The notes beneath the pieces are model-generated. The model searched no databases, was not told where the DNA came from, and was given only the letters and a program-made list of their open reading frames with translations. Shown here piece by piece: positions 52,716 through 64,000 of a DNA stretch of 64,000 bases (position 1 is its first letter; each line of letters opens with the position of its first letter). The position numbers and the translations under genes are program-made. Source of the DNA: Lingula anatina (lineage: Eukaryota; Animalia; Brachiopoda); assembly GCA_051362555.1 (NCBI GenBank), contig CM120647.1:20126651-20190650 (forward strand). The letters run 5' to 3'.

Positions 52716-52961
52716 TCAAACTTTTCCATTCTGTGATACCATAAGAACTTCGTTGCTTTTCGTATCCACTTGCTTCACGCTCTCGTCTGTGACGTCAAAA
52801 TCGTCATCAATGTCAAGGTCCCGCCTACAGCACGTGTTCCACGGCGGCAGTTCGTCCGCTAGAGCGCGGTTTTTGGTTTCCGGAAGAAGGAGTCCAAGAA
52901 AAGCCCCTACCAGACTACAACTTCCCAATACTATAAATGGTAGGGCCGGAGAGACTTTGCT
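52716..52961 (-). CDS. SLC22-family organic ion transporter, last exon
   Basis: tttcag|AGC; SKVSPALPFIVLGSCSLVGAFLGLLLPETKNRALAD...NGKV* (PETK motif after TM12). Confidence 0.93.
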   Translation of the reverse strand, partial: SKVSPALPFIVLGSCSLVGAFLGLLLPETKNRALADELPPWNTCCRRDLDIDDDFDVTDESVKQVDTKSNEVLMVSQNGKV

Positions 52962-53340
52962 CTGAAATATTATGTAGGGACAACCAGTTGCACACGCTCT
53001 CCAATATTTGATCATTGTTTTCGCTTTTGTGATGTATCGTTTATGGTCAATATAAAAATTGACTATTAACCAATGCATTGCTTAACTCACACTGATCAAG
53101 CTGACAAAGTTTGCCCTTACTTTTTTTCTGAAAACTTGAAATATCACTTTCGTTAGGCTATGTTAAATAATTATCTGATTCGACTAAGACATTAAATTTT
53201 TCGCTTATGTATTTATATATCTGAAATATGGACATATTTTTAAAATGAAACCAAGTGGTTAATTTAAATCGAAACGAAGTAAAAAAAAAAGTGAAAAAGG
53301 TAGCAAAGACTTCACTTGTTCTTTGAGACAGTATACTTAC

Positions 53341-53413
53341 TAGATATGACACTTGTGGAGCAACCACTCCTCCAAGACGACCAGAAAATGCTGCCGCCCC
53401 ACACCCGATTGTC
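53341..53413 (-). CDS. SLC22 transporter exon
   Basis: ttacag|G ACA...CTA|gtaagt; TIGCGAAAFSGRLGGVVAPQVSYL (TM11). Confidence 0.93.
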
Positions 53414-53872
53414 CTGTAATAAAATGCGCGCTCACGTTTAGTTAAATAACACGTGTTTTTATTCTGGTGGCCATATCATACTAGACAGCTTCTCACTCCA
53501 CATATTGAAACGAGATTTGAGAGTTTGAATGTTTTGCAGTTCAACTGATTTTTTTTTCTTTTTTTTTACTCATTGGTTTAAAAATAATAAAGATTTGTCG
53601 TTATAAGTATACAGAAAGAACAGCAATAGGTGATACAAAATCGAAGGCACCGTTTTAAGCCCCCTAAATATTTGTATGCCAAAACGTTCGCCAGGCCTGA
53701 GTTTCAAAGTATTTATTAAATCTTCTGTAATAAGCACGCCGCTTGCCGTTTTCAGTAACACAAAGGCCATAATGATCGATGGTAGAGGTAAGTATCCAGC
53801 AAACTCTTTAACTCGGAGTGCTCTACCAAGGTATTAAATCTTAATAAATTTACTAGGTACTAATCCCACTAA

Positions 53873-53907
<35 letters not shown>

Positions 53908-54121
53908 CGTGTGTGTGTGTACGTGCGCGCGTGTGAGTGTTAACGTGCGTCTGTGTGTCACTCCTCTGCTCCAGTACTCTACCAAGATATTAAATCTAAA
54001 TATATTTATTTGATATTAATCCCACGTAATTAACGCTGAATTTTTGTGTATGTGTGAGCGTGCGTGTAAGTGTTAACGTGCGTGTGTGTGGTCAGTCCAC
54101 TGCATCACAAGAGGCACCAAC

Positions 54122-54242
54122 CTGACAACTGTTGGGAAGAGTTCAGCTGTGAAGAGCCAGCCCACGGCCCAGGCCCCAGCCACACCTGCCTTGCCAACCA
54201 ACGCCAACGCCGTTACCAGACCGCTCAGCTCTTCGGTTTTAC
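54122..54242 (-). CDS. SLC22 transporter exon
   Basis: ccacag|GT...GTC AG|gttggt; LALVGKAGVAGAWAVGWLFTAELFPTVVR. Confidence 0.93.
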
Positions 54243-54478
54243 CTGTGGATAAGTGATTCTCAACGTAAACAGTTTAATTTTAAACGTCAAAAAAATCTGA
54301 AAATAGTAGTAGTAGCAGCAGCAGGTGGTGGTGGTATCAGCAGCAGTTTTATTATTATTTCAAAATATTTATTAGTTTGGTTGAATCGTAAATAATAAGT
54401 ATTAAGCCCAAGCTGGAATTTTTCCTCGCTGTTAGTTTGTTGATGATGTTTATATGTTAAAAGATTAGAACATCTCAC

Positions 54479-54561
54479 CTGCAACATTCACGAACATGAC
54501 CGAAAACGTGAAAATCCCTCCAGCAAGCATGAACCCAAAATGTGTGAAACGACGGCCAATC
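54479..54561 (-). CDS. SLC22 transporter exon
   Basis: ttctag|G ATT...GCA G|gtgaga; IGRRFTHFGFMLAGGIFTFSVMFVNVAG. Confidence 0.92.
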
Positions 54562-54721
54562 CTAGAAAAATTAGTAGAATGATGGAAAAACTGAATACTT
54601 TGAAAAAGGTAAATACTATTCCCCCCAGAAAAAAATTATCTGTTTATTCATTGTCAGGTGAACATTATAACTAAGGTGTACATTATAACTAAGGCGTACA
54701 TTATAACTGAACCACCTTAAC

Positions 54722-54882
54722 CAGGGCCGTAGCCTGAGCAAAATGTCAGGGGGGGCTGTAAGCGGACACGAGTGGGCTTAGCCCCCGAGGGGGGAGGGGG
54801 TGTCCCCCTACCAGTGTGGAAAATTCTAAATCCCAGGGGGGGCAGTTGCCCCCCCCCTGCCCCCCCGGAGGCTACGGCCCTG
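54722..54882. mobile_element. Short MITE with perfect 13-bp TIR CAGGGCCGTAGCC
   Basis: CAGGGCCGTAGCC ... GGCTACGGCCCTG; TTAAC on both flanks. Confidence 0.85.
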
Positions 54883-55185
54883 TTAACGCATATCTAACTA
54901 GGCCTGGTATTTGTGAAAGTTGCCATTGGTTACTTGTCATATTCACCCTGAACTTCAGAATTTACTGGAAACTAACTCTATCATCATGTCTCTGTAGTTA
55001 CAGTTATCTCAGGGCAGTTATTCCTCACTGATTACACGTTATTGATAACGTCGTTCTGAATGACCAATTAAACTTTATCAGCGATACTTTTGCTTGTTTC
55101 AAGACATTAAATTACTTGGACACCATCCTAGGCTAAGTTACGTGTGCATCCGTTTATATTAATGTTTAATTCGAATAGAACTCAC

Positions 55186-55320
55186 TTATTGTTTAGAAAC
55201 ACTATAGCCACATTTACTGGCCATTCCAACATGACAAGGAGTGTCGTGTTCACATATATATCTCCTGGCATGTTTTTTACATTAAGAGAAAGACCATAAT
55301 AGGTGGCGCTGTATATAAAC
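55186..55320 (-). CDS. SLC22 transporter exon
   Basis: tttcag|G TTT...AAT AA|gtgagt; FIYSATYYGLSLNVKNMPGDIYVN...EWPV. Confidence 0.94.
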
Positions 55321-55664
55321 CTGAAAGTGAAAGTGAAAGCGAAATTGATACAGTGCGGATGGCGGATTTTCTGACTCTGTTCACAGAAATGTTTCAAACA
55401 TCTATACTTACGTAAGTTTGTCTTTATATTTATATTATAACGAATCAACGGATACCTGTCAACAACGTGCAATTTCCAACCTTCAACGATTAACATACAA
55501 CGTTCAAAATGTTTTGCCGCTACCTCAAACAAATTGGAAATATAATGCACAAAACTTTAAAAATAACGTAATTTGGGAGAATGCAAAAAAACAGATGCGA
55601 GTCTAGAGAACAGGACGAAACCATGTCTATAAAATTATTTTTATTTTATAATCCGAACACTTAC

Positions 55665-55768
55665 CAGTTATACATCAAGACTAGAGTGCACCTTGTAAGG
55701 AGCGGCGTCCTAAACAAATCCCAGTAACTATATTTCCTGAGTGACGACTTTTCCTCATCTGCAGCTGG
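55665..55768 (-). CDS. SLC22 transporter exon
   Basis: ttgcag|CCA...AAC TG|gtaagt; PAADEEKSSLRKYSYWDLFRTPLLTRCTLVLMYNW. Confidence 0.92.
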
Positions 55769-56061
55769 CTGCAAATTAAAATATATATCAGAAATATTTC
55801 ATGGATATTAAAACAGCTAATTACTTCCTGTGCGCTTCTCAACTAGATTATCCAAGGAAAAACACTGCCTTAGGTAAGCATTGAAAGTGGGCCCCCTGTC
55901 AGGTAAAATATTGACTATGGAAGGTTAAAGAGCTTTTGGTGGCGGCCTCACGCGCTGGTACACATAAATGCGGCAGAGGCTTTCAAGATTGTTATGAAAG
56001 AAGGAATGCCGAGATACCAGTGCCGTTATGTCCACAGCATCTTTACAAAATTATGAGGTAG

Positions 56062-56142
56062 TGGCAGCGGTGGGATTCGAACCCACGCCTCAATGAGACT
56101 GGTGCCTAAAACCAGCGCCTTAGACCACTCGGCCACGCTACC
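56062..56142 (-). tRNA. tRNA-Leu-TAG: tRNA-Leu, anticodon TAG
   Basis: Reverse complement GGTAGCGTGGCCGAGTGGTCTAAGGCGCTGGTTTTAGGCACCAGTCTCATTGAGGCGTGGGTTCGAATCCCACCGCTGCCA. Intact stems, long variable arm, A and B boxes, and a TTTT terminator about 12 nt downstream. Confidence 0.96.
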
Positions 56143-56209
56143 GGATACTTCATAAATTATAAATCATTTTTTTTTAGTATCCATAAACAATTTCATGCGT
56201 ATACTATAT

Positions 56210-56742
56210 TATACCATGCCATACCAAAACAAAACAAACAAAACCATATCATACCGTACAGTACCGTGTCGTACCATACCATGCCATAATATACCATACC
56301 ATACCATACTATACCATACTTTACCATACCATGCCATGCCATGCCATGTCATGCCATACCATACCATACCATACTATGCCATGCCATGCCATGCCATGCC
56401 ATGCCATGCCATGCCATACCATAATATACCATACCATATCATATCGTACCGTATACCAAACCATACCGTACTATACCATACAATACCATACAATATCCAC
56501 CATACCATACTATACCATCCTATACCATACCGTACCACACTGTACCATACCATACCATACCATACCATGCCATGCCATGCCATGCCATACCATGCCATGC
56601 CATGCCATGCCATACCATACCATAATATACCGTACCATACCATAATATACCATACCATACCGTATCGTACCGTATACCAAACCATACCGTACTGTACCAT
56701 ACAATACCATACAATACCATACAATACCCACCATACCATAAT
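56210..56742. repeat. (CCATA/CCATG)n pentanucleotide satellite
   Basis: About 530 bp of ccata/ccatg variants; accounts for the five low-complexity ORFs here. Confidence 0.95.
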
Positions 56743-56753
56743 ATAAAGAATAC

Positions 56754-56883
56754 CTCTGAGTCACCCAGCATAAGGTCAGGCATCGGATGGTCTTCCTCCG
56801 AAGTGGACAAAGTCGCCAGAACTTTCTTTGCTTCCTCCAGCTTGTTATGAGTGGCAAGCCATCGCGGACTCTCCGTCAGAAAC
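56754..56883 (-). CDS. SLC22 transporter exon
   Basis: tttcag|G TTT...GAG|gtattc; FLTESPRWLATHNKLEEAKKVL (ESPRWL motif). Confidence 0.92.
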
Positions 56884-57717
56884 CTGAAATTATAATTCAC
56901 TTGTAAGGCTCGAGTCCTTGGAAGAGTTTTAGAGTCAGAGTTTTAGGGACAACTGTGACTACAGTCTCACTTATTATTAGCGAAGAATTTCGAACCGAAA
57001 GATGATCTTGACTCTAAAGAGGTAACAACTCTTGTTGAAAAGAACCATAAAACGGACGTTCCTGTGATAAACAGCGATGTTCCCAGGCTTGCCAATGGTT
57101 AATGAATCCGTTCTGACATTCAAAGTTAGTCGATTGTATTTTAAACGTTTTTTTAATAATCCTTAAGAGATTATTACGGAGCGTTGCCATCTACGAAAAT
57201 CCACGTACTCCGATGGCAAGCACAGATTTTGGATTTTTGCGATGACCGCCGGTTCTGTTGTAAAATGGAAATTATAATTCTATAATTGTTTACGATGTAC
57301 TTGTTGTGGAATTTAGAATACCATATGAAGAGATGTTTTAAGTAAGAAAATTGTGGTTTATTTCAGTACAGTCAAAACCATTTTACCAAAATTTATAATT
57401 GATAAAAACATTACCCATGTCCTTTTTGATATAAAATATGTCGGATTACTGGATCATTTCACTGCAACTGTGCACGAAAGCTTATTGTTTGAACAGTTAT
57501 TATATTACACAATCTATAAGCATGTATATGAGGTAAATAATAATGTTTAAATTAATTTCCTGACAAACGCTCTATAGTATACAAATTAAAGGAGGTGGGC
57601 TTCAAGTTTTAAAAATCTGAAGCAAGAAAAATTACTGATAAACCAATGGTTAGGAAAAGCCACTGTTTGGTTTTAACTAAATTATTTGGTTCCAAATTTC
57701 CAAAATTTTATACCAAC

Positions 57718-57910
57718 CTGTAGGAAAACCACAGGGCTACGGTAGGCACCAGTGACGTCACCATCAACAGTGTCTTCCAGTCCCGGATGAAGTAGGCCAC
57801 CAAAGCGAGGCTCATCACGGCAACTTGCCAAAAGTTGATGGCACCCCCTAGAACCCGCCATTTCATGCCGATGAATTCGACGGGCCAAATGAAATTCAGG
57901 TTTCCGAGAC
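57718..57910 (-). CDS. SLC22 transporter exon
   Basis: Phase-compatible acceptor tcgaag|GT CTC; GLGNLNFIWPVEFIGMKWR...AYFIRDWKTL...SYR; donor AG|gttggt. Confidence 0.85.
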
Positions 57911-57954
57911 CTTCGATGATGAAATAGAGACTGAAATTTGACCTGTTCATTCGG

Positions 57955-57993
<39 letters not shown>

Positions 57994-58326
57994 TCTAAGT
58001 TGTTTATGAGGGTACTATTGGGTATTTTTGTTACTCGTGAAGGCCACTTTTTATTTCCAGCTGCGGTAAGCATTATCCGTGACGCATCCTATAGCCATGA
58101 CTAGTGAATGCGGCTTTTTTAGTCTTCGTCTTTAATACGTAAAAAAATCATTATACTCGGTGATTTTTGATTTTCAACTCACGTTTTCAATGAGATACAA
58201 ATTAAGTTTCTATACTGTGGTTGGTGAAATGAAGATTTTATTTCCCGTGAACTGTGATCACTATCAACCCCCCCCCCTCCACCCCCCTCAACCCCTCCAT
58301 GGAACCCTCGTCCACTCACTACTCAC

Positions 58327-58558
58327 CACCAGCGCATATTCCACTGAAGAAACGTATAGCGGCGTAAACCTCCCAACGTGGTGCGAAAGCACTGGCGAAA
58401 CCGACCACTGCGTTCACCGTGATGGTAGTAAACCAGACCGGCTTCCGGCCAAACGTATCTGCCAGCTGACTGATCAGGACCGCCCCCACCGCAATTCCTG
58501 CCATCTGTATTGACGTTATCAGGTCGCTTATACCGTCAAGATTGCAAACCAGATTCCA
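58327..58558 (-). CDS. SLC22 transporter exon
   Basis: tttcag|TGG...GGT G|gtgagt; WNLVC...QLADTFGRKPV (MFS motif A)...RFFSG. Confidence 0.95.
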
Positions 58559-59509
58559 CTGAAATCAAAGGAAATTAAATTAGAATTGACGATATGCATT
58601 TCTGTTCGTTGTTTATTTCCGTTATTATAAATTAACAGAAAACGGTGCAGGACATCTTTGTCCGCATTCAGATTCACACTCCGTGCTGTGTCAGACCAAC
58701 TCTGCGGGGGATTTACGCTAAAGTGCAATCACTTAACAAAGAACTGATAAACGAACCACGATTCATAGCGAACTACATTTACCATTCCTTTCACCCCGCG
58801 TACCCTACGTTCTAGATTCCGGTATTGCCAGCTCGATCTTGATTTCATATATAACCCATTGTAGTGTTCACAAATATAATTCCCAGACATGTAAATTAAT
58901 TTGATTAGAGTCGATTGCTTGTGCACTCGACTCGTTTTATGGCCTTACCTGAAGTCATGTAACTTAAGTGGACGTGTGCAATTTGAATAATTAAAATTAG
59001 TATGTACCGCCAAATACTGCAGCACAGAATCCACCTAAAGATAAGAAATAGGTATAAAAGACGTATAGAATTAATATCGGGGGTCAGACTGAAGAAGACT
59101 CGAAGGTGACCGCTCGACGGAGCTATGGGAGACGGCTTAGAAGTTGGAGGCTTTACGTATAGAACATGTAGTTAGAGATCGTCAACCAATAAACCATTAA
59201 ACTGGTCATTATGTGGACTTGGGTTTTCTTTGCGCGACCTTACGTAAATCTGACACGAACCGTGGAATTTTGAATTGCGTTATCCACTGAGTAAGTCTAA
59301 AACGTAATGTCCTATTTCGAGCCCACGCTTGAATTAAGCGTTCTAAATTATATAAGTTTAGGACATTCATCTCATATGTATATGTAACGGTACATAACAC
59401 CATGTCGCAGTACTAGTGAAAGTGACTCCAAGGTATATTAAATATTAAACAAACTAACTTTCACGTTGCTCTGACACTCAGGGTAACCCCGCGGTGCCAG
59501 AACTCTTAC

Positions 59510-59850
59510 CTCTGATATAATGGAATGAGACCTATCGGCATATCTGTAGCCTGGGCATATCAGCCCATCCGCCCCACACGTGTTCTGGAGGTAACCCATC
59601 GCCGTCACATTCCCCGTCACGTTCAATCCATCCGTGGTCGCTGTAGTCAACGTGCTGCGTACCACATCGTCTCCCGCTACCACTGCCGTTGGAGTGAGAC
59701 CCGTGGCGTTGTAACTGACGATGGAGGGTGACGGACACGTCCAGGTTGGGTGTGTCCCAATAAAGACTGGAATCATGATCGTCCATGCGGTCACGTAGTC
59801 GCATAAGTTGACCACGGCAAATATGCCGAACTGGCGAGGACCAAAACCCT
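59510..59850 (-). CDS. SLC22 transporter exon (TM1 and large glycosylated extracellular loop); start codon not located
   Basis: ctacag|AG GGT TTT; GFGPRQ...WTCP...NAT/NVT/NVT sequons...SIISE|gtaaga. The 5' boundary is less certain than the 3' boundary. Confidence 0.85.
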
Positions 59851-59984
59851 CTGTAGAACGGAGAAATTTATTAAACAATGATTTAATAAGAAAGAGAATA
59901 TATATAAATCTCACAAAATCTGTATCGGAGTCAAATGTTTACGTACGCGTGGCCATATAATTTGATGACCGGGGTAGTAGTTTG

Positions 59985-60280
59985 TTTACCTAAGTGCCTT
60001 AGGCTTTATCATGACAACGCACTTGCTCACACTTCTCTTCTGGTATGTCATTCGTTGCAGCAACACAATGTTCTGAGAATGGAAAAACCATCTCTGAGCT
60101 CTGATATTAAATATACTTAAAAATCTGTGGGATGAATCAGGACGCTTTAATAATCATGACCAACTCCATTAAGCTATTCGGGAAAATGGACAAATACCCC
60201 CAGAAAACTTATGTGTAAACTTTGTTGAAGCCATGCGCCGTCTACAAGAGATCATTGCAGGACGCGTGGACAAATAACTT
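59985..60280 (+). mobile_element. Tc1/mariner transposase C-terminal relic
   Basis: With frameshifts reads YHDNALAHTS...LQQHNVLRMEKPSLSSDI...KNLWDESGR...MRRLQEIIAGR, matching Tc1-type QDNAxxH...WPxxSPDLNPIExLW...SMxxR. Confidence 0.8.
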
Positions 60281-60754
60281 TGGAAATCAAACTCTGATGC
60301 AAACTGTGTATTATTATGGTGACATTTGGTGGTGTCTTTCTTATTTTCATGGATATTTTTACTTCTGTGAGAATCACAGTGGAAAATAAAAAAATAAAAA
60401 TGGCGGATGTTTTTAATTGATTAAATGGTATAAAATATGGAAATCTTACCGACATTTTTTTTTCTGTTCTGTTAGTCATATTAGATATGGTATCTGGCAT
60501 AAACAGAAAAAGCAACTTAAAAATCTTTTATAGCTGTATTGTAATCATTTGTAAACAAAAGAAATTTTGGAATTAGAGGTGTGACAACCTTTTTGATAAA
60601 GCGTATATAAAAAATTTTAATGCAATTACGCTACAGGAGGTTTACCCACTTTCACAAGCTCGTCACAAGTTCGCTTTCTGTCGTTAATTTAATATGTGAG
60701 TCGAGCGCGAGGTCTCGTTTAGCTAACTCTTTAACGTTTTGGTCATGCTACTAA

Positions 60755-61038
60755 GGATGCGTTCACAATGAAACTATAATACAATCAGGTTAACAGATTA
60801 ACACGACTCCCCTTAATACAATCAGGTTAACAGATTAACACGACTCCCTTTAATACAATCAGGTTAACAGATTAACACCACTCCCCTTGTATCCAACGTA
60901 CTCGTATATAATGACCAGCTCTTGTGTTCTACCCAACGCCAGTAGGAGACGTGTTAATCTGTTCATCTGATTGCACTTAGCGAGAGTCCTCGCGGAGTTT
61001 GAATTACGTAGTACTATAGTTTCATTGTGAACGCTCCC
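60755..61038. mobile_element. MITE with 24-bp TIRs and an internal triplicated 39-40-bp unit
   Basis: GGATGCGTTCACAATGAAACTATA / TATAGTTTCATTGTGAACGCTCCC; taatacaatcaggttaacagattaacac(g/c)actccc x3 at about 60777-60887. Confidence 0.8.
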
Positions 61039-61048
61039 TTGGTTGTTA

Positions 61049-61274
61049 CACCCTATTTCCATAGATTTTTAGATCGATCTATCCCTGTGGGGAGTCTCAC
61101 TAGATTACTGTCAGCTTGGCCGGCTTAAGCGTCTGTCCCGCCTACTAAAAGCTTTAAGGGGGTAATTAACTATGGTGCCCGCTCGGCTGACTGCAATTTA
61201 GCGTGAACCCCCAGGGAGTTAGGTTGATCTAAATCTTAATCTTTAGATCGATCTAAATCACTGGGAAAGCACCC
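61049..61274 (+). mobile_element. MITE family A, copy 5
   Basis: TTA TSD at 61046-61048 and 61275-61277; same core. Confidence 0.85.
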
Positions 61275-64000
61275 TTAGTTTCTCAGAGTGGATCGGTCCA
61301 GTTAAGTATACCGTACATTGTGAAGAGGGCCACAGCTACACTGTATCGGTATCTGTGTAAGTAAGTGAGTAAGTACGTATAAGTATGACCTTGTATCCTG
61401 AGATAACCATTTAAACAGCTTTAATATATCTGGTCTGGGGCAGGAATCTTCTGATAACTAAGGGACCATACACAATGAGTTAGGTCGCGATAGCTACTAT
61501 GCACGAACTTCAAAGGGACTTTTGCAATGAATATTTTTCTATAACTACCCCTGTGCGATAATTGTCGGCTTCTTTAGAAAGAAAAGTGAACAGGCACACG
61601 TGTTTGTTTTAGGTGGTTAACATCTAATGGTTTTCACCTTCGTGTGGTATTCATGTAATTATATAACAAGTTTGTCAATACACAGATAAAGCTCCTATGT
61701 ACATGTACAGGTAGGGACATGTATGTAAAACGTATTACGACCGTCCAGTACGGGCGCCTACAGCATATGTAAAATGAATGCATTACCAGAATGCCGAAAC
61801 TCATCCTTACGCACGTTTCTTGGTTGACAAAAATTAACGAACCGCTTGAATGCAATCCTCTCTGACCAGTGTGTTGATCCCTATGGCTAACTTTACTCCA
61901 CTTGAAGATAAATCTTTAGTTAAGTCAACTCAAAAACCACAATACAATAAGCACATTTAGGAAAACAATTGAAAAGCGGCCATTATACTAATCAATAGCC
62001 TGATCCTTATTAAGGTCACTGAGAGAGGCAGGTGGGCCAGAAGACAAAAAAAAAGTGCGAGCGGCTTGAGTGAAACGAAGGAACGAGCAGTCTTTGACTA
62101 TGTTCCCAAAAACTCATCGTTCTAGCTGATTCGATCTTACTCCGTGGAGCTTCTCGCTAAAATGTTTTTAGTGTAATCAGCTTAATTGTCTGGAACGCTC
62201 CCATGAGTAACTAGCCTTGACTTTCGTTAATTACCCCTAGCAAGTTGAGCAGGCGTGCCAGAAATATCAGCGGCTTATATTTAATGCAATTTAGCGAGAA
62301 TCCCCGCAGAGTTGGATCAATCCAGCTAGTACGATGGGTTTATGGGAACGGTCCTTCTGACCACTTATGCCGCTGTGTGCCGAGGTCAGTTTCCGTCAAT
62401 AGACTTTTCAAATTTGAAGAACATTTTCACTTGTCCTCGAATTACGGACGTTTGTTTATGTTGACAAGTCGAATTATGGACCTAGTTTGGCTAATTATTA
62501 CTTAAATTTGGTTAAACGTGTATTTAAGAATAATATGGATCGCTTTACCCGTTTGATGTACTATGTGGAAGAATAAAAACTAACTAACTAGAACACATTT
62601 TGTTTTGTTGTTATCTCTTTAAATAGTAGGTTTTAGGGGAGCGATCCAGTTGAGAGTACCGTTTGACGTGTAATGAATTTTGGCCCACTCTCACAAATAT
62701 TTAAAGAGTAGGCTGCAATATTTAAAACTAATTAACACTGACGTAAATGAAAAGGTTGTAATATGGTGTATGGATTTGTTGTTGACAAACAAATATTGTC
62801 TATGACCCAACTTTGAAGGGGGTGAGAGTAGATCTCCACCGTATCAGTGTTTGTGTAAGTATGGCCTCGTATCCGGAGATAAACAGATAAACAGCTTTTA
62901 GATGTCTGGTTGGTTCTAGAAAATTCCCATGTAGAAGGTATTCTTGTATTCATCCTTCACTTACGTACTTAATACAGGACCCTGAGCATAACTGAATAAA
63001 TCTTAATGTTAGAGATTTCGGATGGAAATAAACCTTAAGCTTCTAAAATGTTAATTGTAAAGATGAGCAAACAGATACTAAATGATAAATTAAAAATGCT
63101 TTTTACGGTTTCTGAAATCACCTTTGATATTTAATTGAAAATAAATGCATCTCGCTCTTCGCACATATCTGAAACCCTGTTACAGCGGGTTTGCGACCGC
63201 TTGGAGACCGTTACCTACACTCACCCCTTCAAAGTTGGGGTTTGGACAATATTTGATTGTCAACATCAAATCCGTACATTATACTGCAGCCTTTTCTGTT
63301 ACATCAGCTTTAATTAGCCTTGAATATTGCAGCAATTTCTTTATTTAAATATATTGCAGAATGGGCCAAAATTTGTTCTATAAGCGGTGGCAGCCCCCGA
63401 TGAAACAGGGGCTTAAGAATGAACGTACTGTGACAGTATTTAAACACTCTTTGAAAATAAGTGGTCAGCTGGGGGTGGCCTTTAGCGTATTGCACTAACG
63501 TATGAGAAAAATTCTCCATACTTAAGGGGTTCCTTACATTTACGTCGTACAAGTCGTATACGTCTCGAGTACGCAGGTAATAAATAAATAAATAAATAAA
63601 AGTAAATCGTTGGTGTACGTTCGCATACGCGGAAGGAGGTAAAATGTGTTCAGTATATTAAAAAGATACGCTGTTTACATGTTCATTTTCATTCGCTAGA
63701 AAAAGGCGATTTCATTCGCTCAAAATTGTGTGTATGATCGATTTTACATGCGATACATATACCGGTACGAACCTCTGTACGCTAGATGTGACAGAGCTTT
63801 TACGAAGACGATGTGTACCTCTACGAAGAGGGATACGTGGTTCTGCTTCAAGAAGTTCACATGGGAACACTTAGAATGAGTTTAGAGTGAAAGCTGTGCT
63901 CAGCATGCAGTAGTGCTAGTACTGGAAGCCTCCACCGTGTCTTACAGGACACCCCTCTGTCACACGTACATCGATCAGTATATATCTGTCGCTGTTAGCA

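Noticed and set aside
56195-56857. 100-180 aa ORFs rich in YHTIP/CHAMP/WYGMV
   Set aside because: Translations of the pentanucleotide satellite.
60777-60887. Three 39-40-bp direct repeats
   Set aside because: Head-to-tail with no spacers; local slippage inside a MITE.

Overview
Eukaryotic, AT-rich, microsatellite-rich genomic DNA, most likely from an invertebrate bilaterian (inferred from gene content and mosaic CpG depletion; species not identifiable). Most ORFs in the supplied track are spurious. Three spliced genes were rebuilt by hand with GT-AG boundaries and consistent phases. (1) A minus-strand tandem HIT-domain protein gene (ATG at 1505) that runs off the left edge. (2) A complete plus-strand exostosin-1 gene (EXT1/tout-velu orthologue; 9 coding exons, 9235..49343, 744 aa) with a 27.7-kb first intron and a uORF-rich leader. 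(3) A convergent minus-strand SLC22-family transporter gene (10 coding exons, 52716..59850, start exon unresolved) hosting an intronic tRNA-Leu(TAG). Non-autonomous DNA transposons are abundant: five copies of one TTA/TAA-TSD MITE, a 546-bp foldback element with a local empty site, a 9-bp-TSD Mutator-type MITE and a Tc1 transposase relic. Best leads are a CpG-retaining island in EXT1 intron 1 with an antisense exon-intron-microexon layout, the non-canonical tandem HIT protein, the EXT1 uORFs, a 36-nt in-frame GT..AG segment near the vertebrate intron-5 position, and dense CTCF/RFX and NR5A motif clusters downstream of the EXT1 stop. None of these is demonstrated to be a new system from sequence alone.
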